From NCBI GenBank assembly GCA_015068845.1, contig SVJR01000004.1:10779-74778 (forward strand): DNA of 64,000 nt. The letters run 5' to 3'. The position numbers and the translations under genes are program-made. Shown here piece after piece: positions 14,764-24,727 of this stretch (its first letter is position 1; each line of letters opens with the position of its first letter). This DNA comes from Oscillospiraceae bacterium (GTDB lineage: Bacteria > Bacillota > Clostridia > Monoglobales > Monoglobaceae). The notes beneath the pieces are model-generated. The model saw only the letters and a program-made list of their open reading frames with translations. It was not told where the DNA came from and did no database searches.

Positions 14764-16137
14764 TTGAAAGAAAACAAACTTGCCGGAATCCCCACAAATG
14801 GATATATACATATGATAGGAATCGGTGGAATAAGTATGAGTGCTTTGGCACATATGCTGAAATTCTTCGGTTACCGTGTAAGCGGCTCTGACCGTACAGA
14901 AACACGGATTACAGAGAGCCTCAAAGCGGCTGGTGTCGAAGTTTGCATCGGGCATAGTGCCGATGCTGTTTGTGACCCTGACCTGGTTTGCTACACCGCG
15001 GCGATCCCCAAGGATAACCCCGAGCTTGTTAAAGCCAGATCTCTTGGTATACCGGTGATGGAACGCGCCGAGCTGCTTGGTGAGCTGATGAAACTCTATA
15101 AGTACCCGGTTGCAGTTGCAGGAACGCACGGAAAAACGACCACAACATCAATGTTGTCGCTCGTTTTACTTGAAGCGAATCTGGACCCCACCATTCTGGT
15201 AGGCGGAGAACTTTCACAAATCGGCGGAAATTACAAAATCGGAGCAAAAGATTATCTCGTCTTTGAGGCCTGCGAATATGTTGAAAGCTTCCTTCACTTC
15301 AATCCATATATTTCGATAATCACAAATGTCGAAGAAGATCATCTGGATTATTTCTCCGGTATATCTCATATTATAACAGCTTTTGAGCGTTTTGCAAGAC
15401 TAAATTCACCTGATGGATGCATTATTGTATGTTCTGACGATAAAAACGCTATGACTGTTGTGCAAAACATCAAAAAAAATGTTGTAAAATATGGCTTAAT
15501 TAGTAGAAATAACGATTTTTTTGCAGAAAATGCACACTTTAACGCTTCAGGCAAAACCGAAGTTGACATTTTTGAACACGGCGAATTTGCAATTAAGCTG
15601 GAGCTTTCTGTTCACGGCGACCATAATGTACGCAACGCCCTGGGTGCCTATGCGGCGGCACGGACTTTAGGGATTGATGCCGAGACCGTAAAACGAGGCT
15701 TAGAGGCCTTCGGCGGAACAAAGCGCCGTTTTGAAACTCTGGGCGAGGCAAACGGCTTTACCGTGATTGACGATTACGCCCACCACCCCACCGAAATCAA
15801 GAGCACCCTTGAAACTGCAAAATCAATTGCAAAGGGCAATGTGTGGTGTATATTCCAGCCCCACACCTATTCACGCACAAAAGCGTTCCTCGGCGAGTTT
15901 GCCGAATCACTCTCGATTGCCGACCGCACAATTGTTGCCGACGTTTACCCTGCGCGCGAAAAGTACGACGGCACAATTCACTCCTGCGACCTTGCATCGC
16001 TCATTCACAACTCTGTTTATATAAATGATTTAGATGCTATCGCAAGATATATTTTGAAAAATGCTCAGCCCGGTGACACGGTAATCACCATGGGCGCCGG
16101 TGATGTATTCAAAGTTGGTTACAATTTGGTTAAATAA
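14764..16137 (+). CDS. murC: UDP-N-acetylmuramate--L-alanine ligase
   Basis: IHMIGIGGISMSALA and AVAGTHGKTTTTSM Mur ligase motifs. TTG start with AAGGAG 8 nt upstream. A TTGATA-N17-TACAAT promoter lies at about 14671-14699. Confidence 0.9.
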   Translation: MKENKLAGIPTNGYIHMIGIGGISMSALAHMLKFFGYRVSGSDRTETRITESLKAAGVEVCIGHSADAVCDPDLVCYTAAIPKDNPELVKARSLGIPVMERAELLGELMKLYKYPVAVAGTHGKTTTTSMLSLVLLEANLDPTILVGGELSQIGGNYKIGAKDYLVFEACEYVESFLHFNPYISIITNVEEDHLDYFSGISHIITAFERFARLNSPDGCIIVCSDDKNAMTVVQNIKKNVVKYGLISRNNDFFAENAHFNASGKTEVDIFEHGEFAIKLELSVHGDHNVRNALGAYAAARTLGIDAETVKRGLEAFGGTKRRFETLGEANGFTVIDDYAHHPTEIKSTLETAKSIAKGNVWCIFQPHTYSRTKAFLGEFAESLSIADRTIVADVYPAREKYDGTIHSCDLASLIHNSVYINDLDAIARYILKNAQPGDTVITMGAGDVFKVGYNLVK

Positions 16138-16146
16138 CACCAAACC

Positions 16147-16180
16147 AAAAGGGGCTGTGACTTTTGTCACAGCCCCTTTT
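16147..16180. terminator. Bidirectional terminator between murC and the ABC exporter gene
   Basis: AAAAGGGGCTGTGAC-TTT-TGTCACAGCCCCTTTT hairpin between convergent genes. Confidence 0.6.
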
Positions 16181-16272
16181 ACATCCTTTTTACAAAAAGC
16201 ATCATTAAAGGTAAAGCTAATACCTTTATTTTCCCTGCCTTTTTGCGCTCTGGACTATTTTTACAGCCCCTT

Positions 16273-17931
16273 TTATTCAACACGGATTTTTTTGTTCTCT
16301 ATAAATATCTTCTTGTTACACACATCAAACGCTGCGCGTTTGTGAGAAATAATAATACAGGTTTTGTTTTCCATATTCTTTATATTTTGCAAAAGCCGTG
16401 CCTCGGTTGCCTCGTCAAGTGCCGATGTTGCCTCGTCGAGGAGAATTATCGGTGCATCGGACAGAATTGCACGGGTAACTGCAAGACGCTGAACCTGACC
16501 TTCCGAAAGGCCCATTCCCTTTTCGCCCACATAGGTGTCAAGGCCGTCAGGGAGCTGACGGATAAATTCTGCCGCACAGCTGATTTCCGCCGCCTGCATA
16601 ATCTCAGCGTCGCTTGCCCCGGGGCAGACCATACTTACCGCTTCGCGGATTGTTCCTGAAAGCAGCAGGTTGCCCTGTGGCACATATGAAAATACGGGTC
16701 GTGAATGCTTGCCGACCGGCAGCTTTTCGCCGCTGATTTTGAGATATATCCCACCGCTCTGCGGCGTGATAACACCAAGCAACAGCTTTAGCAAAGTACT
16801 CTTTCCTATACCCGATATACCACCGATAACGGCAAAATCGCCCTTGTCTATTGAGAGGCTTGCGCCGTCTAAAATTTTGTCTCCGCCATAGCCGAAGCTT
16901 ATATCCTCAAAGCTGATAAGCTCCAGCTTTTCATAATCCTTTTCAGCCTCTAATCTCCGGTAGTGTTCCTTTTCGTCGGGGAGACTTTCAATTTCAATTA
17001 TCCTCTCCGCAGACGCTAAAACCGCAAAATACTGAGGTGCTACACCCGAAAGCCCTGCAAACGGTGACTGAATCTGGTTCACCAACTGCAAAATCGCGGT
17101 TAATGCGCCAAAGGTTATTGTCCCGTAGTACAGCCTGAACGAGCTGTAAACAAGAGCATAAAGCGAGCCAATACTGAAAATAAATCCCAGACTGCTTGAT
17201 GCAAAAATCGTGAGGTTGCGGCGTTTCAGCTGAGCCTTATAGTTCTCGTGCTGCAGGTCTTGTGCCGTTTTTGAAACAGCATCCTCAATACCAAACACCT
17301 TGACCATAATCAAGCTGCCCAAGGACTCCTGCAAAAAAGAGCGAACCTTTCCCTCGGTCTCCTGAACACGCTTGTGCAGCTTTTTCATAACGCCCCGGAA
17401 TGCGCTGATAACCGCCAAAAGAATAATTCCGCCGACAAAGAATATAAACGCAAAATTGCGATCAAGAACTGTCAGCGAGTAAAGGGCATATCCAAGACCC
17501 GTGAGCATCGCCAGAACGCTTGGAATGAGCGAAATTGTGCCGCTTGCAATAATGCTTGTATCATTTGAAAGTCTGGTCAGCAAATCGCCGCTGTGGTAAG
17601 CCGTTGCACGGCTGTAATCCTTTTTGAGGATCGAATAGAACATTCTGCCGCGCAGATTCATCTGGAGCCTTGCGGTAGTTACAAGTTCAAGACTTTGCCC
17701 TGAAAGCCGGATTAAAATCTGTGCCGCAATAATCAGGAGCAGCCTGATTGATGCCAACTTCAGCCCTGCCATATTGTGGGCAACCGCCGCATCGATAACC
17801 ACCTGAGAGGTAAGCGCAAAGGTTACGCCCAGAATTGTGGTGGCACTTCGCATTACCGTGAGCAAAAGCACCGCCGGCAGTTGGGCTTTGGAGCTGTTAT
17901 ACAGCCACTTTAGTGTATTTTTGTCTTTCAT
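16273..17931 (-). CDS. ABC exporter, fused permease and ATPase (type 1 exporter fold)
   Basis: An N-terminal half with about six TM helices, then Walker A GGISGIGKST, signature LSEGQVQR and Walker B IILLDEATSALD. Confidence 0.85.
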   Translation of the reverse strand: MKDKNTLKWLYNSSKAQLPAVLLLTVMRSATTILGVTFALTSQVVIDAAVAHNMAGLKLASIRLLLIIAAQILIRLSGQSLELVTTARLQMNLRGRMFYSILKKDYSRATAYHSGDLLTRLSNDTSIIASGTISLIPSVLAMLTGLGYALYSLTVLDRNFAFIFFVGGIILLAVISAFRGVMKKLHKRVQETEGKVRSFLQESLGSLIMVKVFGIEDAVSKTAQDLQHENYKAQLKRRNLTIFASSSLGFIFSIGSLYALVYSSFRLYYGTITFGALTAILQLVNQIQSPFAGLSGVAPQYFAVLASAERIIEIESLPDEKEHYRRLEAEKDYEKLELISFEDISFGYGGDKILDGASLSIDKGDFAVIGGISGIGKSTLLKLLLGVITPQSGGIYLKISGEKLPVGKHSRPVFSYVPQGNLLLSGTIREAVSMVCPGASDAEIMQAAEISCAAEFIRQLPDGLDTYVGEKGMGLSEGQVQRLAVTRAILSDAPIILLDEATSALDEATEARLLQNIKNMENKTCIIISHKRAAFDVCNKKIFIENKKIRVE

Positions 17932-17955
17932 ATTTATATCACCATCATATATTAA

Positions 17956-18756
17956 TTAGAAGCTTCTGAAATACGGCTTTGCCTCGGACACAACAACATC
18001 CAGTTCGGGGAAGTGGTGGCAGAAGAATTCCGCCAGAAAATCGCAGATTATATTTTCGGTTTCAAAGTGGCCTGCATCTACCAGATTAAGTCCGATTTCC
18101 GATGCAAGTCTGCCGTGGTCGTGCTTTAAATCTCCGGTCACATACACATCCGCACCCGAATGGTATGCGGCATAAAGCTCCGAACCGCCGCTGCCCGAAC
18201 ACAGCGCCACCGTCTGAACTCTGTCCGAGAGGTCTCCTGCATACTTGATTGCCTTGCAGCCGAGGGACATCTGAACCTGTTCAATAAAATCCTCAAATGA
18301 CACGGGGAACCGCAGCGTTCCCACTCTGCCTATGCCGTCAAGACTCTCACCGTTTTCTCCTATACATTCTTCGGGATTGAATTTACGGATATTTTCAAGC
18401 CCTAACTTGTGGGCAAGCAAATCGTTCATTCCGCCGTCCGCCATATCAAAGCTGGTGTGCATACAAAAGGCGCTGATATTGTTCTGGATAAGCGCCCTGA
18501 CAATGCTTCCGGTAACGCTGCCCGAAGTAACGCTCTTAAGCGGCTCAAAAATAAGCGGATGATGCGATACGATTAAGTCCGCACCAAGCTCTGCCGCCGC
18601 CTTGACATTCTCTGCGGTTATATCGAGGCACACATACACGCGGCTTATCCGCTGCGCGCCGTCGCCCACCAGAAGCCCCACATTGTCCCACGGGAACTTC
18701 AGTTCAGATGGAGCAACCTTTTCAAGCTCCTCAATGACATTTGAGAGTATTACCAT
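17956..18756 (-). CDS. Nif3-like dinuclear metal centre protein (YqfO family)
   Basis: WDNVGLLVG and LIVSHHPLIF motifs typical of NIF3. The start is placed at MVILSNV (GGAG 7 nt upstream). The ORF is open up to 18789. Confidence 0.8.
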   Translation of the reverse strand: MVILSNVIEELEKVAPSELKFPWDNVGLLVGDGAQRISRVYVCLDITAENVKAAAELGADLIVSHHPLIFEPLKSVTSGSVTGSIVRALIQNNISAFCMHTSFDMADGGMNDLLAHKLGLENIRKFNPEECIGENGESLDGIGRVGTLRFPVSFEDFIEQVQMSLGCKAIKYAGDLSDRVQTVALCSGSGGSELYAAYHSGADVYVTGDLKHDHGRLASEIGLNLVDAGHFETENIICDFLAEFFCHHFPELDVVVSEAKPYFRSF

Positions 18757-18819
18757 AAAAATCTCCATTCCGCCGCCATACGTCGGCACAAATAGTAATT
18801 GAATTTCTCTGCTTTTATT

Positions 18820-19527
18820 TTAATCCAGCAGCAGCTTCATCTGCTGCTCAATCTCCTCCGCCTTTTCGGCATTGCCGGCAAGCTTCGACGCACGAAGTCC
18901 GGATATACGCTTTTCAAACTTCTCTTTCAGCCGAGTGCAGTATTCCTCAAGATCTTCAGGCGAAGTCTTTTCAATATTTCTGCCTAGGATTCGTTCCTTT
19001 TCGGTATACTCTGTACTACCACCCGGAACAACCGTTATTATATTATACAACTTATCTTCCTCACGGGCAAGATATTCGTCCAGAGCCGTAAAACTGTTCG
19101 CCGCAATATAATCACGCAGTTCTGCCGCCGCCGTCATTGGCTGGAGAATAAGTAATTTTGCACGGCTGACGGTCTCTTTTGAATGTTCAAGAATTTCCGA
19201 TATGAGTATCCCCCCCATACCGGCAATAACAATAATCTCCGCCTCGCCCGGCGCAACCGTCTGGAGCCCCGGACCGATACGGACAGTAATATCTCCGCCC
19301 AGACCAAACTTCTTTATATTATCTGCCGCCCTCGCAATAGGACCAAGCTTGATGTCGGACGCAATCGCATGCTTCACCTTGCCACTTTGGCACGCAAAGA
19401 TTGGAATATATGCGTGGTCTGTCCCTATATCCGCAAGGCTCTCCGCCTCGGGGATAAGCTCCGCAATCTTTTGCAGCCTCGGATTAAGATTTAAATTCTG
19501 TATTTTTCCCTCAAAGATTTCGTTCAT
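18820..19527 (-). CDS. trmK: tRNA (adenine22-N1)-methyltransferase TrmK (YqfN family)
   Basis: LADIGTDHAYIPIF...IVIAGMGG matches TrmK, and nif3 lies downstream as in Bacillus yqfN-yqfO. The start could be 19527 or 19545. Confidence 0.8.
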   Translation of the reverse strand: MNEIFEGKIQNLNLNPRLQKIAELIPEAESLADIGTDHAYIPIFACQSGKVKHAIASDIKLGPIARAADNIKKFGLGGDITVRIGPGLQTVAPGEAEIIVIAGMGGILISEILEHSKETVSRAKLLILQPMTAAAELRDYIAANSFTALDEYLAREEDKLYNIITVVPGGSTEYTEKERILGRNIEKTSPEDLEEYCTRLKEKFEKRISGLRASKLAGNAEKAEEIEQQMKLLLD

Positions 19528-19654
19528 AATCCTTTGCCCTTTCATTGGTATTACTTCTATTATAATTGTAATATTGGTCCATTGTCAACAAAAAAAAGGA
19601 TTTTCGACATAATTGTAGAAATATTTGGTAGTAAAGATTTAAGGAGTGAAGTCT

Positions 19655-20653
19655 ATGACTCCCAGAGAAAAGCTTGAGCAGCGCGAGGAGCAATATCTCA
19701 GTCCTTATGCTGCCAAAAGCGCACATAGCCGAGGCAGAGCACAAAAGGAAGAACAATGCGAGATACGCACCGACTTTCAGCGTGACCGTGACAGAATTAT
19801 CCATTCCAAGGCATTCCGACGGCTGAAGCACAAGACCCAGGTCTTTCTGTCACCTGCAGGCGACCATTACAGAACACGGCTTACCCACACCCTCGATGTT
19901 GCCCAGATTGCACGGACTATCTCCCGTGCCCTTGACCTCAACGAGGACTTGACCGAGGCAATTGCACTTGGCCACGATTTAGGTCACACCCCGTTCGGGC
20001 ACGCAGGCGAGCGAACCCTTGACCATCTTTGCCCCGAAGGCTTTCGTCATAACGAGCAGAGCCTCCGTGTGGTGAATGTTTTGGAACGCAAGGGCGGCCT
20101 TAACTTAACGCAAGAGGTCCGTGACGGAATTCTGTGCCACACGGGTGACAAGATGCCCCAGACCTTAGAAGGCAAGATTGTGAGATTTGCCGATAAGATT
20201 GCATACATAAACCACGATATCGACGATGCCGTACGAGGCGGAGTTATGCGCGAAGAGGATATTCCCGAAGAATACTCCAAAATCCTGGGCTACGGCCACT
20301 CAAAGCGGATAAACAGCCTTATCCGAAGCATAATAAGAGCAAGCGAAAACCGCCCGGACATTACAATGGAGCCGGAGGTATTCGAGGCCATGATGGGGCT
20401 CAGGCGGTATATGTTTGACAATGTGTACCTGAACGATTACGCAAAGAGCGAGGAGAAAAAGTCGTTCAATGTAATCTCGTCACTATTCACACTTTACAGC
20501 GAAAATCCGGAGCTTATCCCCGAAAGCGTCCGCGAAATCAGCTGCAGTGAGGATAATATGATAGTTGTCCGTGACACCATTGCCGGAATGACCGACCGCT
20601 ACGCCCTAAGCCTGTTTGACAAGTATTTTGTTCCCAAATCGTGGCGTGGGTAA
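19655..20653 (+). CDS. dGTP triphosphohydrolase-like HD-domain protein
   Basis: FQRDRDRIIHSKAFRRLKHKTQVF, RLTHTLDV and LGHDLGHTPFGH motifs. The ATG at 19655 follows AAGGAG. The gene sits upstream of dnaG-rpoD, as in other Firmicutes. Confidence 0.85.
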   Translation: MTPREKLEQREEQYLSPYAAKSAHSRGRAQKEEQCEIRTDFQRDRDRIIHSKAFRRLKHKTQVFLSPAGDHYRTRLTHTLDVAQIARTISRALDLNEDLTEAIALGHDLGHTPFGHAGERTLDHLCPEGFRHNEQSLRVVNVLERKGGLNLTQEVRDGILCHTGDKMPQTLEGKIVRFADKIAYINHDIDDAVRGGVMREEDIPEEYSKILGYGHSKRINSLIRSIIRASENRPDITMEPEVFEAMMGLRRYMFDNVYLNDYAKSEEKKSFNVISSLFTLYSENPELIPESVREISCSEDNMIVVRDTIAGMTDRYALSLFDKYFVPKSWRG

Positions 20654-20704
20654 AAAGGAAAATATATTTTTATGTCGAATTAAAAGGATAGAGGTGATAT
20701 ATAG

Positions 20705-22489
20705 GTGAAACAATCAGTTGATTTTCAGGATTTTGTTGACGAGGTACTTGCAAAGACCGATATCGTTGACTTGATTTCACGCTATGTCACGCTCAAAAGG
20801 GTGGGCAACCGCTTTCAGGCGCTTTGTCCCCTGCACAACGACAAAAAAACCCCGTCGTTTTCGGTGTCGCCCGACAAGCAGCTTTTCCATTGCTTCGGCT
20901 GCGGCGCAGGTGGAACGGCGATTCACTTTATAATGCAGAAGGAAAACCTGGACTTTATGGAAGCGGTCAAGTACCTTGCCGAAAAGTCCGGTATTCCCAT
21001 TCCCGACTACCGCAGCAGCAGCGAACGCGCCAAGGCTGCGGAAATCCACAACAAAAAGAAGCGTATGTACGAAATGAACGCCGAGGCAGCACGGTTCTTC
21101 TACTCGAACCTGACCTCGCCCTCGGGCAAGGACGCACTTGACTACCTTAAACGCCGTGGACTCAGCAATGCCACAATCAAGGCATTCGGGCTGGGGTATT
21201 CACCGGATTCGTGGTCGGCACTGATTGATTTTATGAAAACGAAAGGCTACACCGAAGCCGAGCTTTGCGAGGCAGGGCTTGCGGTGAAGCGTGACCAAAA
21301 CGACACATACTTTGACAAGTTCCGTGACAGGGTAATGTTCCCCATTCTTGATTTGCGAGGCAATGTTATCGCCTTTGGCGGCAGAATTATGAAGGACAAG
21401 GACAACGCGGCAAAATACCTGAACTCGCCCGAAACGCTCGTGTTCAAGAAAAAGGAAAACCTGTTTGCAATGAACCTTGCAAAGAACTCCAAGGCAGGAC
21501 AGTTCCTTGTTATGGAGGGGTATATGGATGTGATTTCGCTGCACCAGAGCGGCTTTGACAACGCAGTTGCATCGCTTGGAACGGCGTTCACGCCACAGCA
21601 GGCGGAAATCCTTAAGCGGTACGCCGACAAGGCGGTGCTGTGCTACGATGCCGACGAGGCAGGACAAAAGGCGGCAGACCGTGCCGGCGAGATTCTGCGG
21701 GAAGCAAACATCAAAACAAGGGTTATGACCATCACCGACGGCAAGGACCCGGACGAGTACATTAACACCAAGGGCAAAGAGATGTTCGGGCTTCTGATAG
21801 ATAATGCAGAAAGCTTTATCGAGTATAAAATAGGAAAAATTGAGAAACAATATAATCTTGAAGATACTGTTGAAAAACTGGAATTTATTGAGCAAATTGC
21901 AAAAATCCTTGCCAATATCAAAAACGGTGTCGAAAGAGAAATTTATATAAAGAACATCGCACGAAAAACCGACATTTCCCACGAGAGCATAACCGCTCAG
22001 GTGGAAAATCTGATACGGAAGAGCCGTCGCGGTGCTGAGATAAAAGCCGAGCGCGACGAAAAACGCGCATTTGAAGAACGAACAGGAGGCCGTAAGGACC
22101 TTGACAGTATGCGGCTTTACAACGCCGAAAAGCTGATGCTTAACCTTCTTTGTGAAAAAGAGATTTTCAAGGGCGTTTCAGAAAAGCTGCAGCCTGAGGA
22201 ATTCACCGAAGGTCTTCACCGCAGGCTTGCCGAGGTTATCTACGCAAAGCAACAGAGCGGCGAAAAGCTGCAACCGATGTCCGTCATTTCGGAATTTGCC
22301 GAAGCGGACGCCGGTCGGGTATCCGAGATAATTCTGGACGACAAAAATGTTGCCGACAAGAAAATGGCGGCAAACCAGGCATACAAGATAATCAAGGCGC
22401 AAAGCCTTAAAGCCGAGGCAATGTCCGGCGAGGACGATGCCGAAAAGCTTCAGGCGATTATGGACAAGCTGAAAAAGGATAAAACATAG
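20705..22489 (+). CDS. dnaG: DNA primase
   Basis: Zinc-ribbon [30 protein letters not shown] and TOPRIM motif [13 protein letters not shown] start with an AGAGGTGA RBS. Confidence 0.9.
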   Translation: MKQSVDFQDFVDEVLAKTDIVDLISRYVTLKRVGNRFQALCPLHNDKKTPSFSVSPDKQLFHCFGCGAGGTAIHFIMQKENLDFMEAVKYLAEKSGIPIPDYRSSSERAKAAEIHNKKKRMYEMNAEAARFFYSNLTSPSGKDALDYLKRRGLSNATIKAFGLGYSPDSWSALIDFMKTKGYTEAELCEAGLAVKRDQNDTYFDKFRDRVMFPILDLRGNVIAFGGRIMKDKDNAAKYLNSPETLVFKKKENLFAMNLAKNSKAGQFLVMEGYMDVISLHQSGFDNAVASLGTAFTPQQAEILKRYADKAVLCYDADEAGQKAADRAGEILREANIKTRVMTITDGKDPDEYINTKGKEMFGLLIDNAESFIEYKIGKIEKQYNLEDTVEKLEFIEQIAKILANIKNGVEREIYIKNIARKTDISHESITAQVENLIRKSRRGAEIKAERDEKRAFEERTGGRKDLDSMRLYNAEKLMLNLLCEKEIFKGVSEKLQPEEFTEGLHRRLAEVIYAKQQSGEKLQPMSVISEFAEADAGRVSEIILDDKNVADKKMAANQAYKIIKAQSLKAEAMSGEDDAEKLQAIMDKLKKDKT

Positions 22490-22503
22490 AAAGGCGAGAA
22501 GTT

Positions 22504-24018
22504 ATGAGTACTAAAAAAGCCAAAGATGAAATCAAAGAAACTGCAGTCGAGGCAGCAGTAACCGAAAAGGAAGTAAAGAAAAAGACTTCCAAAAAGGCAG
22601 CGGCAGCCGAGCCGGTAGCCGAGGAAAAACCGGTAAAGAAGGCAACCAAGTCCAAAAAAGCTGTAGAGATTGAAGAAGCTGCACCGGCAGCCGAGGAAAA
22701 GCCGGCAAAGAAGGCAACCAAGTCTAAAAAGGCCGAAAAGGTTGAAGAACCCGTAGTCGAAGAAAAGCCGACAAAGAAGTCGACAAAAAGTAAAAAATTG
22801 ACTGACTATCTTGAAGAAACAGCTGAAGAGATTTTGCCCGAGGAAGCCACAGCTGCCGAGAAGGCAGAAAAGCCTGCAAAAAAGACCTCGAAAAAAGCAA
22901 AGCCTCAGGCAGAAGGCGAGAAAAAAGCCACTTCAAAGGAAGTGCAAAAGCAGGCTCTTCAGGAACTGGTTGAGCTTGGCAAGAAGAACGGCGAGCTTAC
23001 CTATGATGATATTCAGAGCAAGCTTGAAGCTGTTGAGATGGACCCCGACCAGATTGAAAGGGTTTATGACTTCCTTGAAAAGCAGGGAATTGAAATTCTC
23101 ACAAACTTTGAAGAAGAGCTTCCTGAGCTGGAAGAGGACTTTGAGATTACCGAGGACGAGCTTGCAGACCTGAGTGTTCCGGACAGCGTCAGCATTGACG
23201 ACCCTGTTCGTATGTATCTTAAGGAAATCGGTAAGGTTCCGCTTCTGTCCGGTGCGGAAGAAGCCGAGCTTGCCCAGAAAATGTCCGACGGTGACGAGGC
23301 GGCAAAGCAAAGCTTGGCTGAGGCGAACCTGCGTCTTGTTGTAAGTATTGCCAAGAGATATGTCGGCCGCGGAATGCTGTTCCTTGACCTGATTCAGGAG
23401 GGTAACCTCGGTCTTATCAAGGCGGTTGAAAAGTTCGACTACACAAAGGGCTACAAATTCAGTACTTATGCAACATGGTGGATTCGTCAGGCTATCACCC
23501 GTGCGATTGCCGACCAGGCGCGTACAATCCGAATCCCTGTACACATGGTTGAAACGATAAACAAGCTTATCCGCGTAACCAGACAGCTGGTTCAGGAACT
23601 GGGCCGTGACCCCCTGCCCGAAGAGGTTGCAAAGGAGCTTAATATGCCGATTGACAAGGTTGGCGAGATTATGAAGATTGCTCAAGAACCCGTGTCCCTC
23701 GAAACACCTATCGGCGAAGAAGAGGACAGCCATCTTGGCGACTTTATTCAGGACAACGAGACCCCTGCACCTCAGGACGCAGCAACATTCAGGCTCCTCA
23801 AGGAACAGCTGGTTGATGTTTTAAGCACACTGACACCCAGAGAGGAAAAGGTCCTTCGCCTGAGATTCGGTCTTGACAACGGCAGAGCCAGAACTCTGGA
23901 AGAGGTTGGTAAGGAATTTAATGTTACCCGTGAGCGTATCCGCCAGATTGAAGCAAAGGCACTCCGTAAATTAAGACACCCCAGCAGAAGTAAAAAACTA
24001 AAAGATTACCTTGAATAA
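22504..24018 (+). CDS. rpoD: Primary sigma factor (SigA/RpoD) with an N-terminal K/A/E-rich repeat extension of about 148 aa
   Basis: Regions 2-4 are canonical ([54 protein letters not shown]; [20 protein letters not shown]). The N-terminus carries three EEKPxKKxTKSKK repeats. Confidence 0.95.
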   Translation: MSTKKAKDEIKETAVEAAVTEKEVKKKTSKKAAAAEPVAEEKPVKKATKSKKAVEIEEAAPAAEEKPAKKATKSKKAEKVEEPVVEEKPTKKSTKSKKLTDYLEETAEEILPEEATAAEKAEKPAKKTSKKAKPQAEGEKKATSKEVQKQALQELVELGKKNGELTYDDIQSKLEAVEMDPDQIERVYDFLEKQGIEILTNFEEELPELEEDFEITEDELADLSVPDSVSIDDPVRMYLKEIGKVPLLSGAEEAELAQKMSDGDEAAKQSLAEANLRLVVSIAKRYVGRGMLFLDLIQEGNLGLIKAVEKFDYTKGYKFSTYATWWIRQAITRAIADQARTIRIPVHMVETINKLIRVTRQLVQELGRDPLPEEVAKELNMPIDKVGEIMKIAQEPVSLETPIGEEEDSHLGDFIQDNETPAPQDAATFRLLKEQLVDVLSTLTPREEKVLRLRFGLDNGRARTLEEVGKEFNVTRERIRQIEAKALRKLRHPSRSKKLKDYLE

Positions 24019-24062
24019 TAAGGACAAAGATAAAATGCACAGACCGCATAAAGCAGTGTGTT

Positions 24063-24090
24063 GTCATTCTGAGGCAACGCCGAAGAATCT
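24063..24090. repeat. Family-A short palindromic repeat (GTCATTCYGAG...GARGAATCT)
   Basis: gtcattctgaggcaacgccgaagaatct. ATTCT/AGAAT and GGC/GCC can pair. Related copies are listed below. Confidence 0.7.
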
Positions 24091-24113
24091 TGCAAGAGTT
24101 TGATTAATTTGCT

Positions 24114-24197
24114 TTATGCTACGAACAAACTTCACCTCTCGGCGTACCAATGTACGCCTTCAGGTAACCCCTTTGGGTTCAGTTTGTCCGTTCTGCA
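24114..24197. repeat. Family-F hairpin element (TTATGCTACGRACAAACTTCACCT...)
   Basis: The outer arms acgaacaaacttcacc and ggttcagtttgtccgt enclose the hairpin ggcgtac-caat-gtacgcc. The 5' 24 nt recur at 51885-51908. Confidence 0.5.
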
Positions 24198-24275
24198 CTA
24201 TTTTCTCTTCGCCCTATGCTGAACTGTTATATAAACAGCCCATCGTGCGCTATTGTACGATGGGCTGTTTGTTAT

Positions 24276-24332
24276 TGTAGGGGGCATTCACGAATGCCCC
24301 GCAATACGGGCGATTCGTGAATCGCCCCTACA
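24276..24332. repeat. Family-B two-hairpin palindromic element (TGTAGGGG...CCCCTACA)
   Basis: tgtagggggcattcacgaatgcccc-gcaatac-gggcgattcgtgaatcgcccctaca. An inverted, near-identical copy lies at 27792-27848. Confidence 0.75.
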
Positions 24333-24335
24333 ATT

Positions 24336-24360
24336 GTCATTCCGAGCGATGCGAGGAACC
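24336..24360. repeat. Family-A repeat copy
   Basis: gtcattccgagcgatgcgaggaacc, abutting the family-B element and the stop codon of micro-ORF 1. Confidence 0.65.
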
Positions 24361-24361
24361 T

Positions 24362-24511
24362 TTACTCTTCTTCCTCATCGTCCTCCTCAGGATATTCGTC
24401 GTAAGAATCAATATACATATCCTCACATTCAAGCTGCAATTCTTTTAATTCTTCAATCACATCGGTCACCTTATTGAACATTTTCAAATACATCTTTTTG
24501 TAATTTGGCAT
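24362..24511 (-). CDS. Acidic micro-protein, 49 aa (paralog 1): MPNYKKMYLKMFNKVTDVIEELKELQLECEDMYIDSYDEYPEEDDEEEE
   Basis: Hand-translated and too short for the ORF track. TAGGAGGG RBS lies 7 nt upstream of the ATG. A paralog at 54268-54426 has the same first 17 residues. Confidence 0.55.
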   Translation of the reverse strand: MPNYKKMYLKMFNKVTDVIEELKELQLECEDMYIDSYDEYPEEDDEEEE

Positions 24512-24692
24512 ATTTAGCCCTCCTAATAAAAAAGTGTGTCACCGGAGTGACACACTCAAAAAACGCATCACTCTGGATAGTTCACGACAACTATTTTATT
24601 AAGCACCAAACGGAGTAATAAAACCAGAGGTACGCTTTTTGCATAGCGTAACTCCATTCGGTGCGAAATATTCATAATAAAATAATTGTCGT
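24512..24692 (-). promoter_or_regulatory. Structured 5' leader with an intrinsic terminator (candidate attenuator or riboswitch-like RNA), copy 1
   Basis: Minus-strand nested stems. P1: CACGACAATTATTTTATTA / TAATAAAATAGTTGTCGTG (19 bp). P2: GCACCGAATGGAGT / ACTCCGTTTGGTGC (14 bp). P3: TACGCT/AGCGTA. Then the terminator GTGTGTCAC-TCCG-GTGACACAC + T6, immediately before the RBS. Confidence 0.5.
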
Positions 24693-24698
24693 GTTTTT

Positions 24699-24727
24699 AT
24701 TATAACACCACATTACATAAATTGCAA
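24699..24727 (-). promoter_or_regulatory. Sigma-A type promoter TTGCAA-N17-TATAAT for the leader and micro-ORF 1
   Basis: Minus strand: TTGCAA (24722-24727), a 17-nt spacer, TATAAT (24699-24704). An identical 36-nt block (24719-24754) covers the -35 and the 27 nt upstream of it in both paralogs. Confidence 0.6.

Noticed and set aside
14648-15129. Minus-strand ORFs of 85 and 142 aa across the spoVG/murC spacer and the murC 5' end
   Set aside because: They are AT-rich promoter-region translations and are antisense to murC. They have no RBS and no protein-like composition.
22933-23733. A 266-aa antisense ORF inside rpoD. Similar long antisense ORFs occur at 21200-21982 (in dnaG), 50982-51680 (in the aldolase gene), 32653-33576 (in the carboxypeptidase gene), 53457-54035 and 12482-12991
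   Set aside because: These are shadow ORFs that fully overlap well-supported conserved genes on the opposite strand. Their composition is low in complexity or rich in Cys, Arg and Leu. They have no RBS and no recognisable motifs.
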